Shown here one piece after another: positions 51,183-62,676 of a stretch of 64,000 nucleotides of DNA. The stretch spans positions 124,001 to 188,000 of the forward strand of contig JAXLNO010000043.1 in NCBI GenBank assembly GCA_038087875.1. The letters run 5' to 3'. Positions within the stretch are counted from its first letter, which is position 1. Each line of letters starts with the position of its first letter. This DNA is from Malacoraja senta (taxonomy: Eukaryota). Position numbers and translations under genes: made by a program. The notes under the pieces were generated by a model, which saw only the letters and a list, made by a program, of their open reading frames with translations, did no database searches and was not told the origin of the DNA.

Positions 51183-51489
51183 TTGCTTCTACAACGTTCC
51201 AAGTTCCACTTCAAAAACAAGTGGGTTTGAGGAAGCTGCTGATTGGCGGAAGCAGACAAGAGGGAGCAGCTGATTGGGAGTCGGATCCCAGCTGATTGGG
51301 AGTCAGATCCCTGCTGATTGTTCTGTATTGTAGCAGTTTGTTTTGTATTCTAGCAGTTTGTTTTGTATTGTAGCAGTTTGTTTTTGTATTGTATCAGTTT
51401 GTTTTGTATTGTATCAGTTTGTTTTGTATTGTATCAGTTTGTTTTGTATTCTAGCAGTTTGTTTTGTATTCTATCCAGGGTAAGGGGAG

Positions 51490-52426
51490 TATGAGGGCCA
51501 GGGCAGTTTACTGTGCTGGATGTCAGATGTGGGAAGTCATGGAGTCTCATAGCCTTCCAGACGTCCCCATCTGCGCCAGGTGTATCGAGATGGGGCTCCT
51601 AATGGACCGTATTAGGAACCTGGAGCAGCAGCTAGATGACCTCCGTCTGGTCAGAGAGAGCGAGGAAGTCATTGAGAGGAGTTACAGGGAGGTGCTCACT
51701 CCAAGACCACAGGAGGCAGGCAAGTGGATCACGGTTGGGAGAGGCAAGGGGCACAGGCAGGGACTAGAGAGTACCCCGGTGGCTGTACACCTTGACAATA
51801 AGTACTCCTGTTTGAGCGCTGTTCGGGGGGACAGCCTACCTGGGGGTAGCGACAGCGGCCGGGCCTCCGGTATAGAGACCGGCCCTGTTGCTCAGAAGGG
51901 TCAGGAAAAGAAGAGGAGGGCAATACTAATAGGGGACTCTATAGTTAGGGGGTCAGACAGGCGATTCTGTGGACGCAGTCGGGAGACCCGGATGGTAGTT
52001 TACCTCCCTGGTGCCAGGGTCTGTGATGTGTCTCAACGTGTCCAAGATATCCTGAAAGGGCAGGGAGAGGAGCCCGAGGTCGTGGTACATATAGGTACCA
52101 ATGACATAGGTAAAAAAAGAGAAGAGGTCCTGAAAGGAGAATTTAGGGAGTTAGGAGGGGAGTTAAAGAGAAGGACAGCAAAGGTAACAATCTCGGGATT
52201 ACTGCCTGTGCCACGCGACACTGAGAGTAGGAATGGAGCGAGGTGGAGGATAAATGCGTGGCTGAAGGACTGGTGCAGAAGGCAGGGATTCAAATTTCTG
52301 GATCATTGGGACCTCTTTTGTGGAAGGTTCGACCTGTACAAAAAGGATGGGTTGCACTTGAACCTGAGGGGGACCGATATCCTGGCGGGGAGATCTGCAA
52401 AGGCTACTGGGGAGACTTTAAAATAG
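51490..52426 (+). CDS. CR1 ORF1p: CxxC...CxxC zinc finger, leucine zipper, SGNH esterase; open frame
   Basis: CAGC...CARC and LEQQLDDL; SGNH blocks GDS (ILIGDSIV), G (LPGAR), GTND (HIGTND), DxxH (DGLH). Confidence 0.85.
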
Positions 52427-52604
52427 AATGGTTGGTGGGAGGGACTCAAATAGAGAATGCTATTAGACAGTGTGTGAGGCAGGAGGCAGAGAAGGAAAGC
52501 ACTCAGACCCAACATGTAGGAGGGGGGAAGAAAACAATAATAAACAGAGAATAAGAGGTGGTGGGGTTCTTAAATGGGTGAGCAGAGAAACAGAGGGGTG
52601 TAAA

Positions 52605-55529
52605 ATGCGGGCGGAAGCAATAGGTAGCAAGGTGAAAAGTAAAAGTGGCAGGCAGACAAATCCATGGGCAAAAATCAAAAAGGGCCACTTTTCAACATAA
52701 TTGTATAAGGGGTAAGAGCTTTGTAAAAACAAGCCTGGAGGCTTTGTGTCTCAATGCAAGGAGCATTCGTAATAAGGTGGATGAGTTGAACGTGCAGATA
52801 GCAATTAATGATTATGATATAGTTGGGATCACGGAGACATGGCTCCAGGGTGACCAAGGCTGGGAGCTGAACATCCAGGGATATTCAATATTCAGGAGGG
52901 ATAGAGAGAAAGGAAAAGGAGGTGGGGTAGCGTTGCTGGTTAGATAGGAGATTAACGCAGTGGAAAGGAAGGACATTAGCTTGGAGGATGTGGAATCGGT
53001 ATGGGTAGAGCTGCGAAACACTAAGGGGCAGAAAACGCTGGTGGGTGTTGTGTACAGGCCACCTAGCAGTAGTAGTGAAGTTGGGGATGGCATCAAACAG
53101 GAAATTAGAAATGCGTGCAACAAAGGCAAAACAGTTATAATGGGTGACTTCAATCTACATATAGATTGGGTGACTCAAATTGGCAGGGGTGCTGAGGAAG
53201 AGGATTTCTTGGAATGTATGCGAGATAGTTATCTAAACCAACATGTAGAGGAACCAACGAGAGAGCAGGCTATTCTAGACTGGGTATTGAGTAATGAGGA
53301 AGCGTTAGTTAGCAGTCTTGTTGTGCGTGCCCCCTTGGGCAAGAGTGACCATAATATGGTTGAGTTCTTCATTAGGATGGAGAGTGACATTGTTAATTCA
53401 GAAACAACGGTTCTGAACTTAAAGAAAGGTAACTTTGAGGGTATGAGACGTGAATTGGCCAAGATTGACTGGCAATTAGTTCTAAAAGGGTTGACGGTGG
53501 ATATGCAATGGAAGGCATTTAAAGACTGCATGGATGAACTACAAAAATTGTTCATCCCAGTTTGGCAAAAGAATAAATCAGGGAAGGTAGTGCATCCGTG
53601 GATAACAAGGGAAATCAGGGATAGTATCAAAGCAAAAGATGATGCGTGCAAATTAGCCAGAAAAAGCAGCATACCAGAGGACTGGGAGAAATTCAGAGAC
53701 CAGCAGAGGAGGACAAAGGGCTTAATTAGGAAAGGGAAAATAGATTATGAAAGGAAACTGGCAGGGAAAATAAAAACTGACTGCAAAAGTTTTTATAGAT
53801 ATGTGAAGAGAAAGAGATTAGTTAAAACAAATGTAGGTCCCTTGCAGTCAGAAACAGGTGAATTGATCATGGGGAACAAGGATATGGCGGACCAATTGAA
53901 TAACTAATTTGGTTCCGTCTTCACTAAGGAATACATAAATAATCTGCCGGAAATAGCAGGGGGCCGCGGGTCAAAGGAGATGGAGGAACTGAGTGAAATC
54001 CAGGTTAGTCGGGAAGTGGTGTTGGGTAAATTGAATGGATTAAAGGCCGATAAATCACCAGGGCCAGATAGGCTGCATCCGAGAGTACTTAAGGAAGTAG
54101 CTCCAGAAATAGTGGATGCATTAGTGATAATTTTTCAAAACTCTTTAGATTCTGGAGTAGTTCCTGAGGATTGGAGGGTAGCAAACGTAACCCCACTTTT
54201 TAAGAAGGGAGGGAGAGAGAAAACGGGGAATTACAGACCAGTTAGTCTAACATCGGTAGTGGGGAAACTGCTAGAGTCTGTTATTAAAGATGGGATAGCA
54301 GCACATTTGGAAAGTGGTGAAATCAGCATGCATTTACGAAAGGTAAATCGTGTCTGACGAATCGTATAGAATTTTTCGAGGATGTAACGAATAGAGTGGA
54401 TAGGGGAGAACCAGTGGATGTGTTGTATCTGGACTTTCAGAAGGCTTTCGACAAGGTACCACATAAGAGATTAGGATACAAACTTAAATCACACGGTATT
54501 GGGGGTTCAGTATTCATGTGGATAGAGAACTGGCTGGCAAACAGGAAGCAAAGAGTAGGCGTAAACGGGTCCTTTTCACAATGGCAGTCAGTGACTAGTG
54601 GGGTACCGCAAGGCTCAGTGCTGGGACCCCAGCTATTTACAATTTATATTAATGAGCTGGATGAGGGAATTGAAAGCAACATCTCCAAGTTTGTGGATGA
54701 CACTAAGCTGGGGGGCAGTGTTAGCTGTGAGGAGGATGCTAGGAGACTGCAAGGTGACTTGGATAGTCTGGGTGAGTGGGCAAATGTTTGGCAGATGCAG
54801 TATAATGTGGATAAATGTGAGGTTATCCACTTTGGTGGCAAAAACGGGAAGGCAGACTATTATCTAAATGGTGGCCGATTAGGAAATGGGGAGATGCAGC
54901 GAGACCTGGGTGTCATGGTACACCACTCGTTGAAAGTAGGCATGCAGGTGCAGCAGGCAGTGAAGAAAGCGAATGGTATGTTGGCTTTCATAGCAAGAGG
55001 ATTTGAGTATAGGAGCAGTGAGGTTCTACTGCAGTTGTACAGGGTCTTGGTGAGACCACACCTGGAGTATTGCGTACAGTTTTGGTCTCCAAATCTGAGG
55101 AAGGACATTATAGCCATAGAGGGAGTGCAGAGAAGGTTCACCAGACTGATTCCTGGGATGTCAGGGCTTTCAAATGAAGAAAGACTGGATAGACTTGGCT
55201 TATACTCGCTAGAATTTAGGAGATTGAGAGGGGATCTTATAGAAACGTACAAAATTCTTATGGGGTTGCACAGGCTAGATGCAGGAAGATTGTTCCCGAT
55301 GTTGGGGAAGTCCAGGACAAGGGGTCACAGCTTAAGGATAAGGGGGAAATCCTTTAAGACCGAGATGAGGAAAAACGTTTTCACACAGAGAGTGGTGAAT
55401 CTCTGGAACTCTCTGCCACAGAGGGTAGTTGAGGCCAGTTCATTGGCTATATTTAAGAGGGAGTTAGATGTGGCCCTTGTGGCTAAGGGGATCAGGGGGT
55501 ATGGAGAGAAGGCAGGTACGGGATACTGA
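52605..55529 (+). pseudogene. CR1 ORF2 (APE + RT) with a few stops and frameshifts
   Basis: Pieces 52645-52947, 52960-53907, 53980-54357 and 54396-55529; [21 protein letters not shown], catalytic motif reads FVDD. Confidence 0.92.
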
Positions 55530-55624
55530 GTTGGATGATCAGCCATGATCATATTGAATGGCGGTGCAGGCTCGAAGGGCCGAATGGCCTACTCCTGCAC
55601 CTATTTTCTATGTATCTATGTATC

Positions 55625-56603
55625 TATTCATAGCACAATCCGTATTTGTAAACAAATAAAACAAAATTTAATATTAAGAAATGTATCACTTTTATCACCC
55701 ATAGTTAATAACCCTTCGTTTAATCCCTCTACTATAGATAAAGCTTTTACACATTGGGATAGACTAGGAATTAAAACGTTCGGTGACTTGTATGAAACTG
55801 GAAAATTACTTCCATTTCAACAATTACAAATAAAATATAAACTCGGAAATAATCAATATTTTAAATATTTTCAAATATGTGACTATTTGAAAAAATATAC
55901 AAAAGATCATTATAATAACCCAGCAGATGTATTGGATGAGGCAATGCAGATAAAAGCTGAATCAGCAAACTTAATATCATATTTGTATAATATTATCTTA
56001 AATGTAGAAATACCATCTACGGAGGGTATCAGAAGAGACTGGGAACAAGAGTTAGCTATTAAAATTTCAAAGGAAAGTTGGAATGAACACTTATTAAACG
56101 TGCATAAATGTTCGATTAATGTAAGACACACTTTAATACAATTTAAAATTTTACATAGATTATATTATTCCAAAACTAAAATCCATAAAATTTTCCCAAA
56201 TGTATCATCCATTTGTGATAAATGTCAATCCCAAGAAGCTACTATAGCGCACTCATTTGTTTTCTGTACAAAAATTCAAAAATTTTGGAATGAAATTTTC
56301 GAAATCTTTACAAAATTATTTAAAATAGAACTGATAACCAAAGCAGAATGTATTATCTTCGGAATAACGGAAGATGGTGCAGAACTAAATGTGTTTCAAA
56401 AGAAACTAATAGACTATGGGTTAATAACTGGAAAAAAGCTAATCCTAAAATTTTGGAAGAAGGCTCCAATACCAACTATAAACATGTGGATTTCAAATAT
56501 GTTTGAAACATTACACCTAGAAGAGATAAGACTCCTCCTGGCAGGTAAACCAGATCACTTCCACCTGACGTGGTCTGCATTTATAGAATTATTACAAATA
56601 TAG
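55625..56603 (+). pseudogene. L1 ORF2 C-terminal part resuming after the CR1
   Basis: IHSTIRI...QFKILHRLYYSK...CDKC...HSFVFC (CCHC)...W. Confidence 0.88.
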
Positions 56604-58054
56604 GGTGCAAAGGTACCTTAAAAAAAATTGAGGTCAGGTAATGGGGGATGATAGTTGAAGAGTTGGTATGTCCCATTTGCGTAATGCTCATAAAAACTAT
56701 TTGTTTCTCTCTTTTTCCTCTTTCTCTTTCTCCTTCTTTTCTAGGGTCTATTTCTTAACTCTTTTTCTTTTGTTTTTAATTTTGTTCTTATAGGGTCTTC
56801 GTTCTTTCTTTTTGTGATATAAATTTGTATTAGAAGCAAACATATTACAATGTAGAGTAACATATTATTATAGAAGAAAAAACTTTTCATATACATCAAT
56901 CACTCATACATTATTTTACTTCGGAGTCACGTGAGTGACTACGTGAAGAAGCCCCGTCCAGCTCCTCCAGCCGGTGAGTAAAACAAAAGTAAAACAAAAG
57001 TCGGAAGATAAGTGGGTTACTTTTCACTTACAGGAGCGTTTCCTTCCCGTTTAGACTTGTTGGTGGAGCTCCACACAAGTTAATTATGGAGAAATGGGAA
57101 GGAGAGGCGGCCAGGGATGCACCGTAGTAAAACCCCAGATCCTAAGGGTAGCGGGCGTCAGTCAGGAGAGTCAGTGGCAGCGAAGCCATTAACTCCCGTT
57201 GTGGTCGAATGTGCGTTAAACCGCCGCGGGCCGGCGCAAGGCTGAGAAAAAAAATAAAAAAAAATCGGCCCGACCTGTAGACTCGGATGAGTCAGACCCG
57301 GAGGTATGCCCTCCTCAGGCAGGAAAGAGTATTACACTGCAAGGGTCAAAAACTTTTTAAATCCTTATGGGGCAGATGATTTGTAAAGAACCCCCACAGG
57401 AGGATTTAAGTCGGTGTTGGCCAATGAAGTATAGCACAGGAGGTGCCTTGGAACAGGCACAAGGGTGGCCTACAGGAGAGCCATCAGTGCCTGTGCAGAA
57501 ACATTAAAGAGGTTGGCCTACAGGAGAGCCAGTGCCCGAAAATGCCAGAAAAAGGCAAGTTATGTGTTGGCCTATTGGAGAGCCAGTACTAGAAATGCCT
57601 GAACAAAAGGCAGCACAAACGTGCAATGATAAATGTGCCAGCACCGACAAATATAAAGAGTAAAAATAATGAAGCGTTGGCCTAGAATTGAGCCAGCGCC
57701 AGCAGCACCTGAAGCAGGGCTGCCTGTCCGTGGGCCTCCAAGAGAGCCCGCGCAGGGGGAATCTGGCAGAGACTTACCTGAAACAGGGGAGCCAGAAATT
57801 ACCCAACATAAAAATGAATATCTAGATTTAGATGATGATTTAAATAAGGACCAGAGCCCATTATCAGAGCCAAAAATGTTCCAAGGCTGGCACAAAACTT
57901 TGCTGTTCCCAGAGTAACAGGGGAACCTTTGAGAGAGGAAATAGCTATGACTATCAATTATCTACTCTCCCATCAGCCAAGGAATTAACCATGGATGAGA
58001 CTATCAAAAAATATGAGACCCGGGAAATTGTAGCAGTTACAGCAGTGAATAAAC

Positions 58055-58835
58055 AATACAATTTAAACAATACAATACAATACAATTGTATTTGTCTTTT
58101 GGACAAATTTGTCATTTGGACCACTGCATCATCTTTCCACTGCACTCCCCCCCCCCCCCCCCCGATGTCAGAATCAAAGTCAAAGCCCCCGGCGGGCGAT
58201 GGTGATTATCCCGCGGCCATTAAAACCACGCCGGGTGATGCAAGGTCGCGGTGTTAGAGCCCCGGCGCGCGCTCGCAAACTCCAGCGGCCATTCCAAGCC
58301 GCGCGGGGGGATGATGCAAAGCCCCGCTCCAGGTGCTCTTCAACCCCGCAACTCGGGCGGGAGAAGTCGCCGCTGCGGAAGCCCCGAAAAGCGATCTCCC
58401 ACCAGGGGACCCGCGGGCTTCCGGTGTTGCCGTCCGCCAGACCCGCGGCCGTAGCCTCCGGATCTCCGGGGGTCGGGTAGCAGCAGCGCTCCACCACAGC
58501 TCCACCCGCTCCGGACTCGGCCAGCCCCGCGACGGTGAGTAGTCCGCAGCTCCGCAACTGGAGCCCCAGGTCGCTCCTGCTGGAGGCCGCTCCACGTTGC
58601 CCAGCCCCAACGACAACGGAGACCCGACAAGAAAAGGTCGGGTCTCCCGTGCAGGGGAAAGATTTTAAAGTTTCCCACCCCCACCCCCACCACCACACCC
58701 ACCCCCACCCCCTCCCCCCCACACACATACCCCGACAAAAAAATAATAAAAAACTCCATAAAAACGAGACAAAAATAATAAAAGACAGACGGACTGCAGA
58801 GGCCGCTGCAAACAAGAGTCGCGCCGCCCACCGAA
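58055..58835 (-). mobile_element. Non-autonomous GC-rich retroposon inserted in the DIRS gag region
   Basis: (ACAAT)n tail on + at ~58055-58090; body shared with 59856-60318. Confidence 0.7.
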
Positions 58836-59329
58836 TAAACTTGATATGGGTAATTTGAGCAGTGGTTTACGCTCACAAGAATTGAAATTACACAAGTGCT
58901 AACATTTCTGGGGTCAGTGGTTTGGATGAAGGTTATATATCGTATTCACAACAAAATGTAGCACTCATGTGTAGTGCGCACTTTGAAATAAATTGTATTC
59001 ATAAAAATGCAATAAGACCAAATATTCATCCTAAGTATGCAGGCTCTGCAAACCATGCAATATACAAATGCCTAAATCTGTTTTGGAGAAAATCTAGCAA
59101 AGAAACTAAAGGATCACCTATGCTGAGCAGAGCGGTGAGAAGGCAGTATCCCTACAGGCGAAATGTGGTGCTGGAGAAGGAACAATCCTATCATTCTCGT
59201 ATACACGTTGACGTGCTGCACCGAGGATACGTGGAGGTTACAATGTGCCTACTAGAAGGGGACAACAACTGCCGGTGGCAAACCCCGAGGTTAGGGGGAT
59301 TGGTCTGGTAAGAAACACAACAAATGTTT

Positions 59330-61623
59330 CACACTCACAAATAGGGGGAAGGTTAGGATTCTTCCTAAAAGAATGGCAATCAATAAAAAATGATTCATTT
59401 ATTCTATGTAGCATTGTAGGATTCAAAATTGAGTTCTCTCCACGTTTGGATCCTCCAATTCAGCATAATTCAAACTGGTCACGGATTTTTCTCAAAGGAA
59501 GAGAATGGGTTGATCAAAGGAGAATTGAAAAACTTTATGCAGAAAAGGATGATATAAATGTCAGGAGAACAACACCATCAGTTTGTGTCAAATATTCTCC
59601 TATGAATATTCTCCTAGAAAAGGGATGGTGGACATAGAATCATTTCCGATCTGACAAATCTTAACCTTTATGTACAATAGAAACATTTCAAAATGGAAAC
59701 ATTTACTAATGCCATTTAGCTAGTCACAAAGAATTGCTACAAGGCAAGCATAGATCTGCAAAATGCATATTATTCTGTGGCAATGCATGGTAATGATCAA
59801 AGATATTTGAAATTTAGATGGATGAGTCAGTTATGGCAATTGAAAGCATTGCCCAATTCAATTCAATTTGTCTTTTGGACAAATTTGTCATTTGGACCCC
59901 TTGATGTCCAAACGAAATGTCGTTTCTGCAGCCATACATTACAAAACGAAGAAGACCCGAGACACAACACAATTTACACATACATCCATCACAACGCTGT
60001 GATGGAAGGCAAAAAACCCGTATCTCTCCACTGCACTCCCCCCCCCCCCCCCGATGTCAGAGTCAAAGTCAAAGCCCCCGGCGGGCGATGGTGATTATCC
60101 CACGGCCATTAAAGCCACGCCGGTTAATGCAGGGTCGCGCACCGGGTCTTGGTGTTAGAGCCCCGGCGCGCGCTCGCAGCCCCGGTCGGGCTGCAGCAGC
60201 GATTGTCTCCACCACAGCTCCACCCGCTCCGGACTCGGCCAGCCCCGTGACGGTGAGCAGTCCGCAGCTCCACAACTGGAGCCCCAGGTCGTTCCTGCTG
60301 GAGGCCGCTCCACGTTGGTCTGATTTTTGGTCTGATTTCAGACCAAGATTATTCACTAAATTGCTCAAACCAAATTTTAGCTCTGTTAAGAGCTGAGGGC
60401 CATGTATTTATGGCTTATTTAGATGATATCCTCATTGTAGGGGACACTTTGGCTGCTGCAAAATTGTCAGTATCCAGAGTCCAATACATTTTGAAAAATT
60501 AGGTTTCATTATTCACCTACAAAAATCTAAATTGTTACCAAGCAAAAAGATTGATTACCTAGGGTTCACAATTAACTCCGGACACATGGTAATCACTTTT
60601 CCAAAAGATAAAAAGCTGCAGTTAATTGAAGGTTGCATAAAACCCATTAACGAGGACACACCTTCAATAAGAGAAGTGGCAAGCTTGCTAGGCAAATTAA
60701 TTGCAGGGTTTCCAGCGGTCACGTTTGGACCATTGCATTATCAATGTTTACAGAGAGCTAAGGTACAAGCGTTAAAAATGAATAGAGGGCATTTTGATAG
60801 GCCTATGAAATTAACAATTCAATCCATTACAGAAAGAGAATGGTGGATTAACAATGTTTCTAATGCTTCCAGAAAAGTTCTGGTAGAAACACCTTCCGTC
60901 ACTCTACAGACTGATGTAAGTGTGCTGAGTTGGGCGCTACTAACATGATTTCCATCTGTGGAGGTAGGTGGAATGTGAATGAAGTACCTTTGCTGGAAAA
61001 TCTGGGAATCAATTATCTAGAGCTATTAGGCGCATTTTACGGCCTTAGAGCTTATTGCACTGATATGGGAAATGTGCATGTTCAGGTGCAGGTTGACAAT
61101 ACTACAGCTGTAGCATACATAGATCACATGGGTGGTATAAAATCAGAATCAGGTGATAAATTGGCAAATGAAATTTGGACCTGGGGTATTGCCAGAAAAA
61201 ATTGGCTGTCAGCAATATATTTACCAGGTAAAAATTAATACAATTGCAGACAAAAGATCACGTAAATTTAATGATAATACAGAATGGATGTTAAATCGGA
61301 AAATGTTCACACAAATTATCACACAATTTGGAATGCCAGAAATTGATCTGGTTGCATCAAGATTGAACCACCAGTTGACTAAGTATGTGTCATGGGAACC
61401 TGATCCTGGAGCAGTAGTGGTGGATGCTTTCTCGCTACATTGGGGTGGTATGTTTCTGTATGCTTTTCCACCATTTTGTTTAATCCACAAATGCATACAG
61501 AAAATTAATCAAGATTCAGCCTCAGGGATTTTGGTAGTACCAGATTGGCCTACACAGGTATGGTACCCACTGGTGTTAAAAATGATCAAAAAAAACCCTT
61601 ATGGTTATTCCAAAGCAGATTAA
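59330..61623 (+). pseudogene. DIRS RT - RNase H - methyltransferase-like ORF, frameshifted and interrupted
   Basis: IGGRLGFFLKEW, HFKMET, IDLQNAYYSV, PRLFTKLLKP, YLDDILI, YLGFTI, LQTDVS, INYLELL, VDNTTAVAY, ADKRSR, IDLVAS...DAF...YAFPPF. Confidence 0.9.
59856..60318 (-). mobile_element. 5'-truncated copy of the same retroposon, inserted in the DIRS RT between LPN and GL..PRLFTK
   Basis: TTTGTCTTTTGGACAAATTTGTCATTTGGACC and CCCCGATGTCAGA.TCAAAGTCAAAGCCCCCGGCGGGCGATGG shared with the first copy. Confidence 0.75.
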
Positions 61624-61741
61624 ACTGCTTGTACACCCTGTGACTAATGAATCACATCCTTTACATAATCGTATTGGTTTGTTGATTTGCAGATTCTAAG
61701 AAGGCATATCTTGGAAAAGGATTATCAGACAGACAGATGTT

Positions 61742-62676
61742 ATGACAGCAGCCTGGAGGAATAGTACCCAGAAGCAGTACATTTCCTATATAAAGAAATG
61801 GGAGGTGTTTTGTTCAGGAAAGAATATTGCATATAACACAGTAGAAATTTCAGATGTAGTAGAGTTTCTTTCAACTCTACACTATGAATTGAAATTAAGT
61901 TATAGAGCAATTAATACTGCACGAAGTGCACTTTCTGCATATTTAAGCAGTGAATCAGAACAAACACCAATTGGAGCATATCCTTGGGTCTGTAGGTTTA
62001 TGAAAGGAATTTTCAACTCTAATCCTCCCAGACCCAGGTATACAGAAATTTGGAATGTAAAAGATGTACTGATGTTCTTAAGGAGTTGGAATCCAGTTGA
62101 AAACCTATCATTATCCAAAATTACCATGAAATTGGTTATGCTCATGGCATTAGTTTCAGCGCAGAGAGTTCAAACATTACAGAAACCCAGAATTGATAGA
62201 ATGAAAGTAGGACAAAATGCCGTGACATTCTATGTCTATGATTTACTGAAGCAAAGTAGACCTGGGTCCACAGGATGCAAGTTGGAATTTTTAGCATATC
62301 CTACAGATTCACGACTGTGTGTAGTAACATATGTGAAATGTTACATAGAAACAACAAAAGTTTTAAGAGGCGCCAAATTGGCATTTTTTATTAGTCATAA
62401 AAAGCCTCATAAGAAAGTATCAACACAAACAATTTCACGATGGTTCAAACAGGTGTTGAGATATTCTGGTATTGATACTGTTAAATTTAAATCTCATTCC
62501 ACGAGGGCGGCATCAACATCAGCGGCCAGGGATTCAGCGTGCCAATAGACCTTATTCTCGCGGCCGCAGGATGGGCAAGTGAACAGATGTTTCACAAGTA
62601 TTACCACAAGGAGATTAAAGATCTCAGAGGGTTTGGTGATGCCGTGCTGGATACAGTATTAAATCCCTCATTATAA
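61742..62676 (+). pseudogene. DIRS tyrosine recombinase, one frameshift near the C-terminus (~62535)
   Basis: AQRVQTL (R) and HSTRAAS (HxxR), then in a shifted frame AAGW and FHKYY. Confidence 0.9.

Larger units (their letters stand above)
51183..55626 (+). mobile_element. Full-length CR1 LINE inserted into L1 ORF2
   Basis: 5' UTR with repeated GCTGATTGG and a 20-bp tandem repeat, ORF1, ORF2, and a 3' (CTATGTAT)n tail at ~55606-55626. Confidence 0.93.
46769..56810 (+). mobile_element. L1 LINE, near full-length, interrupted by CR1 at ~51183-55625
   Basis: CpG-rich 5' UTR, ORF1, inter-ORF region, ORF2 EN-RT, C-terminal CCHC region, T-rich 3' UTR. Confidence 0.9.

Noticed and set aside
55545..55625. 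N-terminus of the 352-aa ORF as a novel fusion protein
   Set aside because: Chance read-through from the CR1 3' UTR into the L1 ORF2 remnant.
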